Part shown: piece after piece, positions 37,286 through 46,436 of the stretch
Numbering within the stretch: position 1 is the first letter of the stretch
How the letters are laid out: every line of letters starts with the position of its first letter
Assembly (NCBI GenBank): GCA_963745835.1
Contig: CAVUZH010000016.1
Location: 128,001-192,000, forward strand
DNA length: 64,000 nucleotides
Direction: 5' to 3'
DNA from: an uncultured delta proteobacterium
GTDB taxonomy: Bacteria; Desulfobacterota; Binatia; UBA9968
The notes under the pieces: model-generated
Database searches by the model: none
Told to the model about the DNA's origin: nothing
Seen by the model: only the letters and a program-made list of their open reading frames with translations
Program-made: the position numbers and the translations under genes

Positions 37286-39601
37286 ATGGCCGAGCTTACA
37301 GTTGTTGGGAAGCCAGTCACCCGTGTCGATGCAAACGAGAAAGTTACCGGGGAAGCAGTTTACGGATACGACCTGATCCTTCCCAACATGCTCTACGGCA
37401 AGACTCTATTCAGTCCCAAGGCACACGCCAGGATCAAGAAAATCGATACCGAGAAGGCTAAAAGCTATCCTGGTGTTGTCGCGGTCGTAACCGGCGCGGA
37501 TGCGCCGTGGACGCATGGAGAAAGCATCAAGGATAAACCCTTCTTAGCTCACGACAAAGTTCGTTATATCGGTGAACCCGTCGCCGCTGTCGCTGCAGAA
37601 GACGAAGATACTGCGCAGGCCGCAGTAAAGCTGATCGAAGTGGAATACGAAGATTTACCGGTCTACGTGGATCCGGAGCAGGCGAGCAAAGCCGACGCCA
37701 GTGCCATTCATGAGGATTTTCCCAATTACCGTAAAGCTGAGTTCATCGTTCCCGGCGCGCATGCCAACGTCGCTGAACATTTCAAGCTTCGCACCGGCGA
37801 TGTCGAGCAAGGCTTCAAAGAATCAGATCTTGTGTTGGACGAAAGATATTTTGTGCCGATGATCCAGCATGCCGCCATGGAACCGCATTCGGCGCACGCG
37901 CAGTTTGATAAAGATAGCGGTCGTCTGACCATCTGGGTCGCCAACGACGCGCCGTTCCGGGCACTTAATGAACTTACCGAAGCGCTGGAGATGCCAAAAG
38001 AAAAAATTCGCCTTATCAACCCGCTTCAGGGCGGCGGCTTCGGTTCCAAAGGGGGCTTGAAGGTGGAGCCGATCGCCGTAGCGCTGGCGTTCCACACCAA
38101 CGGAAGACCGGTGCGCGTGAAGTTTAACCGCGAAGAAACCTTTATCTCGACATTGACCCGGCACGAGGCGGTCGTTTACTGCAAGACCGGTGTCAAAAAA
38201 GACGGCACGCTGATGGCGCGCGATATGACAATCTACTGGGGCGCGGGTGCCTACGCTGAAAAGAGCCCGACGGTGTGTATCCGCGGCAGTTTGCCCGCCC
38301 CGGGTCCCTACCGGATCCCGCACGTGAAAGTCGATGGCTATGCCGTCTACACAAACAAACCGGTGGCGGGCTCGTATCGCGGTTACGGCATTCCCCAAGG
38401 GGCCTGGGCGGGAGAGCAACAGATGGACGAAATCGCCAAGCGCCTGGGCATGGATCCGGTTGAAATCCGCATGAAGAATATTTTTGTCGAAGGCGACATC
38501 TCATATTGGGGCGAGCAGCTTCATGCAGTGGGCTTGAAAGAAACGTTGACCAAAGCAATTGAAGCTATTGATTGGGGTAAGAAGCCACAGCAAACAAAGC
38601 CGGGTGTCAAAATCGGCAAGGGTTTCGCCTGCATTCAGAAGCCGACGCGCAGCCCCACCACGTCGGCGTCAGGTGTCGTCGTCGATACCAAAGGCGACGT
38701 CACCGTGCTTGCAGGCACTGTGGAAATCGGCCAGGGGTGCAATACCATCCTATCGCAAGTAGCGGCGGAAGAGCTCAAGGTGCCAATGGCAAGAGTTCAC
38801 ATGCACCCTCTCGACACCGACGTGATTCCGTATGATGCGTCAACGACTTCGAGCCGGAGCACTTATCATATGGGCAATGCGGTGCGCCGCGCGGCGATTC
38901 ACGCCCGTGAACAGATCATGGAAGCCGCCGCTCCCATTTTTGAAGCGCGAAGCGAAGATTTAGATTGCGCCGACGGTAAAGTATTTCTCAAAGATCAGCC
39001 GCAGATGGCGCTGAGTCTTGGCGAGGTGGTACGCCGTAAGTTAGGTCCGGAGGGGATCGTTCGCGGCGACGGCGCATACACCTATGAGATCGGCAAGGAT
39101 CTCGACTTGGAAACGGGTCACAGTGACCACGCATCGGCCTTCTACATGTACGCCACGCAAGCCGCCGAAGTAGCGGTAGACGAGGACAGCGGTCGTGTGA
39201 GAATCCTGCGCATGTCCGCCGCGCATGACGTCGGCAGAGCCATCAATCCGCTGAACTGCGTTGCTCAGATCGAAGGCGGCGTGGTCATGGGGATCGGCTC
39301 CGCGCTGCACGAGGAGATGGTAATCGATCAGACCGGCAAGGTCCGCAACCCTTCCTTTCTCGACTATCATCTGGTTACTTCTCTCGATACTCCCGAGCTC
39401 ATTCCGATCATCGTTGAATGCAACGAACCTGAAGGTCCTTACGGCGCCAAGGGGCTTGGCGAACCGGGGCTCGCCCCCACCCCCGCCGCCATCGGCAACG
39501 CAGTCGCCGATGCCTTGGGAGTCAGAATTTACGATCTGCCGCTCAAGCCGGAAAATGTCTTTTGGGCTATTCAGAACAAGAACAAAAAGACCGCCGCCTG
39601 A
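37286..39601 (+). CDS. Mo-hydroxylase molybdopterin-binding (large) subunit, xanthine dehydrogenase family
   Basis: GGGFGSK, YRGYG, EIGQG, AKGLGEP. Confidence 0.94.
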   Translation: MAELTVVGKPVTRVDANEKVTGEAVYGYDLILPNMLYGKTLFSPKAHARIKKIDTEKAKSYPGVVAVVTGADAPWTHGESIKDKPFLAHDKVRYIGEPVAAVAAEDEDTAQAAVKLIEVEYEDLPVYVDPEQASKADASAIHEDFPNYRKAEFIVPGAHANVAEHFKLRTGDVEQGFKESDLVLDERYFVPMIQHAAMEPHSAHAQFDKDSGRLTIWVANDAPFRALNELTEALEMPKEKIRLINPLQGGGFGSKGGLKVEPIAVALAFHTNGRPVRVKFNREETFISTLTRHEAVVYCKTGVKKDGTLMARDMTIYWGAGAYAEKSPTVCIRGSLPAPGPYRIPHVKVDGYAVYTNKPVAGSYRGYGIPQGAWAGEQQMDEIAKRLGMDPVEIRMKNIFVEGDISYWGEQLHAVGLKETLTKAIEAIDWGKKPQQTKPGVKIGKGFACIQKPTRSPTTSASGVVVDTKGDVTVLAGTVEIGQGCNTILSQVAAEELKVPMARVHMHPLDTDVIPYDASTTSSRSTYHMGNAVRRAAIHAREQIMEAAAPIFEARSEDLDCADGKVFLKDQPQMALSLGEVVRRKLGPEGIVRGDGAYTYEIGKDLDLETGHSDHASAFYMYATQAAEVAVDEDSGRVRILRMSAAHDVGRAINPLNCVAQIEGGVVMGIGSALHEEMVIDQTGKVRNPSFLDYHLVTSLDTPELIPIIVECNEPEGPYGAKGLGEPGLAPTPAAIGNAVADALGVRIYDLPLKPENVFWAIQNKNKKTAA

Positions 39602-39686
39602 TTATTCGATCGTAATCCATTTCCTCTTCGTCTAAAATACGCCAAATTCCAGCGGCGCAAGGGTTAAGTTTCGCCCTTGCTTCGAC

Positions 39687-40892
39687 GTGGGGGTCGACGT
39701 GGTCGGTACCAAAAGGAAAAGTTCGTACATTTCTCTTATCCTGACGTTAGCTCTCTCTGCCTCTCGTTTTTCCACTGCAATTGCGGCCGAAGCACCGGCA
39801 ATTGGAATCCCGGGCGGGATTCAAACCGTGCCGGGAATGCCTCCGGTCATCGATCCGAACAATATCTACAGCGAGACGCGGCCTGACAAGCTGAGCGCAA
39901 CGGTGGCAAAACACCTCTCGCGCGTTTATGTGCCGAACCGTAGTTCTAACGATGTCTGGGTGATCGATCCCACGACCGATAAAGTCGTCAACAAATTCCG
40001 TGTCGGCGTTCATCCGCAGCACGTTGTTCCTTCCTGGGATTTAAAAACACTCTGGGTCAATAATAACGCTGAAGGACGAGACGACGGCAGCGTGACACCC
40101 ATCGATCCTGTAACCGGCAAACCGGGGAAGAATATTCCGGTCGATGACCCCTACAATATGTACTTCACACCCGACGGCAGCGCCGCGATTATTGTCGCCG
40201 AAGCGCGCAAGCGGCTTGATTTCCGCGACCCGCAGACTATGGCGATGAAGTATTCCATAGACACGCCTAATTGCGCCGGCATCAACCATGCCGATTTTTC
40301 CATGGATGGTCGCTACGCGTTTTTCACTTGTGAATACGCCGGTAGTCTAGTCAAGATTGATCTCATCGAGAAGAAAGTGGTCGGCTATCTAAAGTTTTCC
40401 AAGGGCGGAATGCCGCAGGATATCCGTATTTCTCCCGACGGCAGATTTTTTTACGTTGCCGATATGAAGGCAGCGGGCGTATTCCTGGTTGAAGGTGAGA
40501 GTTTTAAAGAGATCGGACATATCAAAACCGGCCTGGGCACGCACGGTCTCTATCCCAGTCGTGATGGAACGCAACTCTACGTCGCTAATCGGGGTGTCGC
40601 CCGGGTCTACGGCCCTCCCAAAGGAAAAGGCAGCGTGAGCGTGATCGATTTTGCAACGCGTAAAGTGACCGCTGACTGGCCGATTCCGGGTGGCGGCAGT
40701 CCGGACATGGGTAATCTCAGCATCGACGGAAATACATTGTGGCTTTCGGGCCGCTATGATAATGCCGTTTACAAAATCGATACGACTACAGGTCATTCAA
40801 AGATTATCTCGGTCAAAACCGAACCTCACGGTTTGACCGTCTGGCCGCAGCCGGGCCGTTATTCTCTTGGACATACGGGAAATCTGCGCTAA
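39687..40892 (+). CDS. Secreted YncE/YVTN beta-propeller protein
   Basis: Signal peptide; repeated blades (VYVPN, SPDG..FYVA, LYVAN). Confidence 0.85.
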   Translation: MGVDVVGTKRKSSYISLILTLALSASRFSTAIAAEAPAIGIPGGIQTVPGMPPVIDPNNIYSETRPDKLSATVAKHLSRVYVPNRSSNDVWVIDPTTDKVVNKFRVGVHPQHVVPSWDLKTLWVNNNAEGRDDGSVTPIDPVTGKPGKNIPVDDPYNMYFTPDGSAAIIVAEARKRLDFRDPQTMAMKYSIDTPNCAGINHADFSMDGRYAFFTCEYAGSLVKIDLIEKKVVGYLKFSKGGMPQDIRISPDGRFFYVADMKAAGVFLVEGESFKEIGHIKTGLGTHGLYPSRDGTQLYVANRGVARVYGPPKGKGSVSVIDFATRKVTADWPIPGGGSPDMGNLSIDGNTLWLSGRYDNAVYKIDTTTGHSKIISVKTEPHGLTVWPQPGRYSLGHTGNLR

Positions 40893-40927
40893 ACGTATCG
40901 CCGCACGTTCTCACAACCTTTGGCTCA

Positions 40928-41974
40928 ATGGGGGTTTTTATGGCAAAGATTGCCGGTCTTTTTCTGATGCTTCTTCTTGTCGGCGCCGCGAACACCAACA
41001 CTCAAGCTGCCAGCGCAGAGCAAAGTTTCTACAAAGGCAAAACAATACGGATCATCGTCGGCTTTGCCGCCGGCGGCGGATTCGACGCCTACGCGCGCGC
41101 GATCGCGCGCAATCTCAGTCGGCACATTCCCGGTAATCCGGCAGTCATCGTCGACAACATGACCGGCGCCGGTAGCCGAATCGCCGCCAATTATCTCTAT
41201 AAAACACCGCCCGATGGCCTGATCATCGGCAACTTCATCGGCTCACTGGTCTTGCAGCAGATCATGGGCGACAAAAGCGTCGAGTTCGACGGGCGAAAAT
41301 TCGAGTGGCTCGGCGCTCCAGTGCAGGACGAAACCGTTTGCGCAATCACCAAAGCCAGCGGCATCAATTCCCTGGATGATTGGTTTGCGGCCAAAAAGCC
41401 GGTGAAGCTCGGGGGCGAGGCTCCCGGCGCCAACGACTCCGATGCCCCTAGAATTTTGAAAGCGGCGCTGGGTCTGCCGATCCAGCTGATCGAAGGATTC
41501 AAGGGAACTTCCGACATACGCATCGCTGCTGAAGCCGGTGAAGTCGACGGCGGTTGCTGGACGTGGGCATCGATCCGAACAACCTGGAGCAAGGGGCTGG
41601 AGTCCGGTCTGGTAAAGCCAATTATCCAGATCAACCCGAAGAAGGCGGCGGACATTCCCAACGTTCCCAACGCCATCGATTATGCGAAAACAGCCGAGGC
41701 TCGCGTGCTGATCGAATCAGGCACGCACGCTCCATCCGCGATCCTCCGCGCCTATGCGCTTGCTCCCGGAACCCCTAAGGAGCGGATCAACACTCTCCGC
41801 ACCGCTTTCAACGCGACTATGAAAGATCCGGAATTTGTCGCCGAGATGGATAAGTCGAAGCTGGAAATAAATCCGTTGTCGGGCTCCGAAATGGAGAGCA
41901 TCGTCAAAAAGCTGTTTGGGATGGATGCCGCCAACGTCGCAAAAATCAGAGAGGTCCTAGTTCCTAAAAATTAG
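40928..41974 (+). CDS. Bug/TctC tripartite tricarboxylate transporter substrate-binding protein
   Basis: FYKGKTIRIIVGFAAGGGFD, DNMTGAGS, PGTPKER. Confidence 0.92.
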   Translation: MGVFMAKIAGLFLMLLLVGAANTNTQAASAEQSFYKGKTIRIIVGFAAGGGFDAYARAIARNLSRHIPGNPAVIVDNMTGAGSRIAANYLYKTPPDGLIIGNFIGSLVLQQIMGDKSVEFDGRKFEWLGAPVQDETVCAITKASGINSLDDWFAAKKPVKLGGEAPGANDSDAPRILKAALGLPIQLIEGFKGTSDIRIAAEAGEVDGGCWTWASIRTTWSKGLESGLVKPIIQINPKKAADIPNVPNAIDYAKTAEARVLIESGTHAPSAILRAYALAPGTPKERINTLRTAFNATMKDPEFVAEMDKSKLEINPLSGSEMESIVKKLFGMDAANVAKIREVLVPKN

Positions 41975-42051
41975 CGCCGTGATTGTACGCGTTGAGTACT
42001 CCGTCGTTGATGGACAGTCCGTTTGAACTCAGCGGGTGCTGTGCGCTTTCG

Positions 42052-43584
42052 CTACAGCTTAACCGTTCCAAGACGGCGATGCCGCAGTGTTAGGCGGATT
42101 AGCGGTGGGTTCAACTGAGCTAGGTTCCCGAACACTCGGGCGTACATTTCCGCCAGCGCCGGCTCCATGGATTTAGCTGCGGCGAGCTCGCGCTGAATCG
42201 AGGAATCGATTCGCTCGCGGGCCTTGGACGCTAGAGCTAAAGCTTCTTGTTCGTTCATACACGTTAGTCGACCGGATTCGACAACTATCTTGCCATTAAC
42301 AATCACCGTATCTACCGAACTGCCGTTTTCACAAAAAACTAGCTGACCCGCAAGATCGTTAAGCGGGGTAAACGCCGGTGTATCGCGATGCAGCAAGGTA
42401 ACATCGGCGAGTTTGCCCGTTGCGAGCACGCCGGCATCGAGGCCGAAAGCGCGCGCGCCATTAACGGTGGCCATCGTCAGCGCTTGCCACGGCGAGATCC
42501 ATTGAGCGAAGTCAGTTCCTGCCTGGTTGTGAATCAACGCCGATAAACGAATCGCATCGAACATGTTCTGGCTGTCATTGGAGGCCGCGCCGTCGGTACC
42601 GAGTGCAACGCGGGCGCCCGCGGCCAGATATCTCTTGACCGGCGCCAAGCCGCTGCCGAGGCGTAGGTTACTTGCCGGATTGTGCACCGCCGTCACACCG
42701 CGGCCGGCGAACAATTCGACATCGCCTTCGTCGATCCAAATCGAATGGGCCAATGAAAGATTCGAGTCCAAGACGTTTAGCGATTCTAAATGCTGCAACA
42801 GAGACGTGCCGTAGAGTTGCCGTCCCATGAGTTGCTGCGCCTTGGTTTCGGCTAGATGAATATGCATCGGCAGGCTTTTCCTTCGCGCCATCTGCGCCGA
42901 TTTGACCAATAGCTCATCGGTGCAACGCTGGACAGCCGAGGGGCCGGGACATGCGGTGGTCAGTTTATCCGGAGCATGAAATGTCTCGATGAAGGCTTCG
43001 CAGTCGTCGAGCCACGCTTGGGTTGCCTTGGCTTCACTCTGACTCATTCGCTTGATCTCGTCACCCACAGACGCGGCCGCGCTGCCGAGCGGAATGGTTT
43101 CTTCATAATTCCGGTCAGAGAGAGTCAATGCTACAACGTGGCGCAATCCCAAATCGCGCATTGCCTGAATCGCCGCGCCGGCGCCCATGAAGCGGCAGGC
43201 TTGATTGCCAAAAAAATGATCCAGCACACTAGTAGTCCCGGTCTTAAGCATCTCCATCCCGCCGAGAAGCGCGCTCGCATAAAAATCTTCCTCGCGCATA
43301 TCTCTGAGCGATGCCCGGTAGTAAGCGCGCCAAATTTCTAGCGGCTTGCTCGGCATCATGCCTCGGACCAGATTGGCTGGCGAATGGCAGTGAGAATTGA
43401 TCAGGCCGGGCATCGCGATCATGCGGCCGCCGTCGATTGACCGTTCAAACGGGCCGGACGGCGCCGATTGAGCCGGACCGACGTAGGAAAGACGATTGCC
43501 ATCGATGACAATCGAACCAGGCGCAATAATTTCGAATTCTTCATTCATGGTAAGAATGCAAGCATCGCGGATCAGTAACTTCAT
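42052..43584 (-). CDS. Metal-dependent amidohydrolase (AtzA/MTA-SAH deaminase-like)
   Basis: PGLINSHCH, HIHLAET, AHSIW, HNPASNLRLGSG, LGTDG. Confidence 0.9.
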   Translation of the reverse strand: MKLLIRDACILTMNEEFEIIAPGSIVIDGNRLSYVGPAQSAPSGPFERSIDGGRMIAMPGLINSHCHSPANLVRGMMPSKPLEIWRAYYRASLRDMREEDFYASALLGGMEMLKTGTTSVLDHFFGNQACRFMGAGAAIQAMRDLGLRHVVALTLSDRNYEETIPLGSAAASVGDEIKRMSQSEAKATQAWLDDCEAFIETFHAPDKLTTACPGPSAVQRCTDELLVKSAQMARRKSLPMHIHLAETKAQQLMGRQLYGTSLLQHLESLNVLDSNLSLAHSIWIDEGDVELFAGRGVTAVHNPASNLRLGSGLAPVKRYLAAGARVALGTDGAASNDSQNMFDAIRLSALIHNQAGTDFAQWISPWQALTMATVNGARAFGLDAGVLATGKLADVTLLHRDTPAFTPLNDLAGQLVFCENGSSVDTVIVNGKIVVESGRLTCMNEQEALALASKARERIDSSIQRELAAAKSMEPALAEMYARVFGNLAQLNPPLIRLTLRHRRLGTVKL

Positions 43585-44012
43585 TTTTTTCCTCGCAGAT
43601 CTCTGACTCCCAGAGATTCTTTCTTAGCAGAGCAGTGATTACCCGGTGGAACGATGGCGTTTTACTGCGCCTCTTCGTCTGCGCCGCGATCCGCCATCAT
43701 TGGCCATGTTGAGAGTTGCGGCAAATTCGCGTTCGTATGTGGGGCCTCTAGACCCCGGTCTCTTCAAACTGATGGCTATCGATTCGCAATCGTGGTGCTC
43801 GAGCAAGACACCTCTGCTTCATTAGGTCTTGGCGCTGGTGTAGATAGATATGCGTGATTGCGGTAAGAGCCCAACCCCGAGGCTCGATAGCGCCGGCACA
43901 ATCATTCCAGCGAATACTAGATCTCCCCGAGTGCAGACAAGTAGACGGACGAATACGTTAGATCCCGGAGTTCGCGATCTAAACTAGTTGGGCTCGCGCC
44001 GCGGCTGCGAAG

Positions 44013-44564
44013 CTAAATCTTTCCCTGCGACCTGAGATGATCGATGCGCTCTCTGATGATCTCACCCAAATCAGTTGTGGGCAGGCCGTCAGCAATTTGT
44101 AATGAATCGGCGCCTAATTGAGCGAGCTTTTCGTTCAGGCTCTGCAGTCCCGAGCGGATGCGATCATAGTCCTGCAGATATTGGCGGCAAGCGAGGATAT
44201 TATCATCGATTTCCTCCAGGCATTTTGCCAGCCTTTGACTTTCCTCGCCAAAGGATTGGCGTAGGTGCTCGACGTTGGCCTGAATGATCTGCTCCTCCAC
44301 CGGCCGTATCTGCTTGGTGATCTCGCTTTTCATGTCTTGCAGGGCTTGCAGTAGCCGCTCGTACGATTGTTCCTCTCGCATTAGATCCTCCGGCATTAGA
44401 ATTCTTGGCTGCTTCATGGCGATGTAATGATGCGCCATGCACTCCGATACTCTTTTCTGGATCAAGGTGAGCGCCGCTCGTGTCTCCCGGATCTTCTTCT
44501 CCAGCCGCGCTTCATCGGCCAGCAACTTGGCCAGAAGCTCCACGGGCCTCGTTGATATCGTCAT
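44013..44564 (-). CDS. Hypothetical coiled-coil protein
   Basis: 183-aa ORF rich in L/E/Q/R with heptad-like pattern; no recognised motif. Confidence 0.7.
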   Translation of the reverse strand: MTISTRPVELLAKLLADEARLEKKIRETRAALTLIQKRVSECMAHHYIAMKQPRILMPEDLMREEQSYERLLQALQDMKSEITKQIRPVEEQIIQANVEHLRQSFGEESQRLAKCLEEIDDNILACRQYLQDYDRIRSGLQSLNEKLAQLGADSLQIADGLPTTDLGEIIRERIDHLRSQGKI

Positions 44565-44813
44565 GGATTGGTTGTTTCGAAGATGCAGAATGGATGAAAG
44601 CGGCTGTCCGCTCCCGCACTCAATTACGGAATTCTTTTATCCACTCCGCTGAAAAACTTCAAGGAGGACAAAACTGCTTCGGGAGAGAAACAGATCGGGT
44701 GTCGCCGGCCCGTGATGCCACCGAAGTCGATCTATTTATGATCGTTGCAAGATCCCAAAGGCTAGTTGACGGTAAATGGGAAAGGTTAAATGGTCGAGAA
44801 GAAAACTCGACGG

Positions 44814-45161
44814 TTAGTCTTTTTGTGGCTCATTCTTCTGAGACAGCTGTCGTTTCCACCCCAGCGTTCGCGCTTGGGCAGCAATATGCTCGGCCTCCGC
44901 GATCATTCCTTTTTGTTGATAGAATATGGAGAGACTGGTGTGAGCTAGTTCGTCATCTGGCGCGACTTCGACGAGCTTCTTGCCGATTTCGATGGCTTCG
45001 TCTAGTTTTTCCTGATGCGAGTAGGTCATCGCTAGCGCATGCAATGCATCCGTATAACCGCCATCTTCGTCAAGGGCGTGCTGAAACGCGGCAATCGCCT
45101 CATCGAACTTGTCCTCCGCAAACAGTTCCATACCCCTGTTGTAAAAATCTTCTTTGCTCAT
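44814..45161 (-). CDS. Small TPR protein
   Basis: About three TPR-like repeats; 8 nt downstream of the signalling gene. Confidence 0.85.
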   Translation of the reverse strand: MSKEDFYNRGMELFAEDKFDEAIAAFQHALDEDGGYTDALHALAMTYSHQEKLDEAIEIGKKLVEVAPDDELAHTSLSIFYQQKGMIAEAEHIAAQARTLGWKRQLSQKNEPQKD

Positions 45162-45169
45162 GACTGGGC

Positions 45170-46324
45170 TTAGATGTCTTTGGAATCGGTTGAAGGCGTT
45201 GTTTGAGGCGAAGAACCGGTCGGAGGCTGTGGGTGCACCCGTTCAGGTCTACATTGCTGGAGCAGCGCCTTTCTAAGCAACGCGGGGTTCACAGGTTTCT
45301 TGAAAATTACCCCCTGCAATCCTTCAAGGCAACTTCGTTTGATAATATGATCCTTATCGTAATTGAAAGCCGTCATTAAAATCACCGGCAGATTCGGCGC
45401 GCTCTTCTTGACGTATTGATAGAGCTGGTATCCATCAATATCGGGCATGACAACGTCGCTTAGAACTAAATCAAACCCGCCGCGCTCCAGCCACTGCATC
45501 GCGTAAACACCCGATGCAGCGGTTTCCACCTGGCAGTCTTCTGCCTCCAAGAGGTCTCTCAAAGACTGGCAAATTCCGGCATCATCATCGACGATCAAGA
45601 TCTTGAGGCCGCGCAATGGATATCGTTCGTCTGGTTTTGGCCGCTCACAACCCTTGCCGTCCGGCCCGGTGCGCAGATCCGTCATCATCTTGCCGGACAG
45701 ATATTCTTTAGTTCCGTACTCGCCCTCGTCGGCCATTTGGCTAATTCGCGCGGTGATGTCCTGGATCCTTTTCACCTGAGACGCGACAGAAACCAAACGG
45801 TCTGATTCGACAATATAATCTTCGTCAGTAGCAACTCGTTCGACATACTTTTGCAGAAGTTCTACCTGGTTGACCAGCACTTCCAATGAGTTGTTGACTT
45901 CGTGCGACACGCCGATAGCGATCTCGGCCAACGTGACGAGTTGATCACGGCGCCGGATGTCCCGTAAATCTTTGGCAAAACCGATGGAGCCGATTTCCTC
46001 GTCATTTTCGTCGTAGATGATGGACGCGGAGATCGCAACAGGAATACACTCGCCTTTTTTTGTTTTGAATGTAGTTTCGAAACTTCTGATTCTGCCTGGA
46101 CCTTCGCCGGCACTGCCTCGCATCGCAGCCATTACCCGGCGCGCCTCATTCAATGTCGGGTAGATCTCCAAAACGCTTTTGCCCAGCACTTCTTCATGCG
46201 AAAAGCCCAGGTTTTGCCGGGCTCCATCATTGTAGAACGTGATGACGCCGTGTTTGTCTACGGAGATGATGATATCAGGACAACTCTCGACGAGCTTCTG
46301 GAAATATTGTACAGGTAGGGGCAT
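45170..46324 (-). CDS. PAS-DHp(HisKA)-receiver protein lacking an HATPase domain
   Basis: PAS (ESCPDIIISVD...FAKD), H-box SHEVNNSL, receiver ILIVDDD...SDVVMP...MTA...KP. Confidence 0.88.
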   Translation of the reverse strand: MPLPVQYFQKLVESCPDIIISVDKHGVITFYNDGARQNLGFSHEEVLGKSVLEIYPTLNEARRVMAAMRGSAGEGPGRIRSFETTFKTKKGECIPVAISASIIYDENDEEIGSIGFAKDLRDIRRRDQLVTLAEIAIGVSHEVNNSLEVLVNQVELLQKYVERVATDEDYIVESDRLVSVASQVKRIQDITARISQMADEGEYGTKEYLSGKMMTDLRTGPDGKGCERPKPDERYPLRGLKILIVDDDAGICQSLRDLLEAEDCQVETAASGVYAMQWLERGGFDLVLSDVVMPDIDGYQLYQYVKKSAPNLPVILMTAFNYDKDHIIKRSCLEGLQGVIFKKPVNPALLRKALLQQCRPERVHPQPPTGSSPQTTPSTDSKDI

Positions 46325-46436
46325 ACTGACGCCGGGTCGAATAGCTCTATGATAGGTCGAACGCCGACGTCATTGCAAGAGCCTCAATTCATCATTTGCC
46401 AAATCCCAAACTTAAATCATAAAAGCAACTTGTCTA

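Noticed and set aside
35747-39601. coxMSL-like gene order suggesting aerobic CO dehydrogenase
   Set aside because: Large subunit has YRGYG, not AYxCSFR or AYxGAGR; no cox accessory genes
44480-45163. 227-aa plus-strand ORF (and similar long antisense ORFs such as 7583-8275 and 31038-31676)
   Set aside because: They overlap well-supported genes on the opposite strand and have no motifs; shadow ORFs
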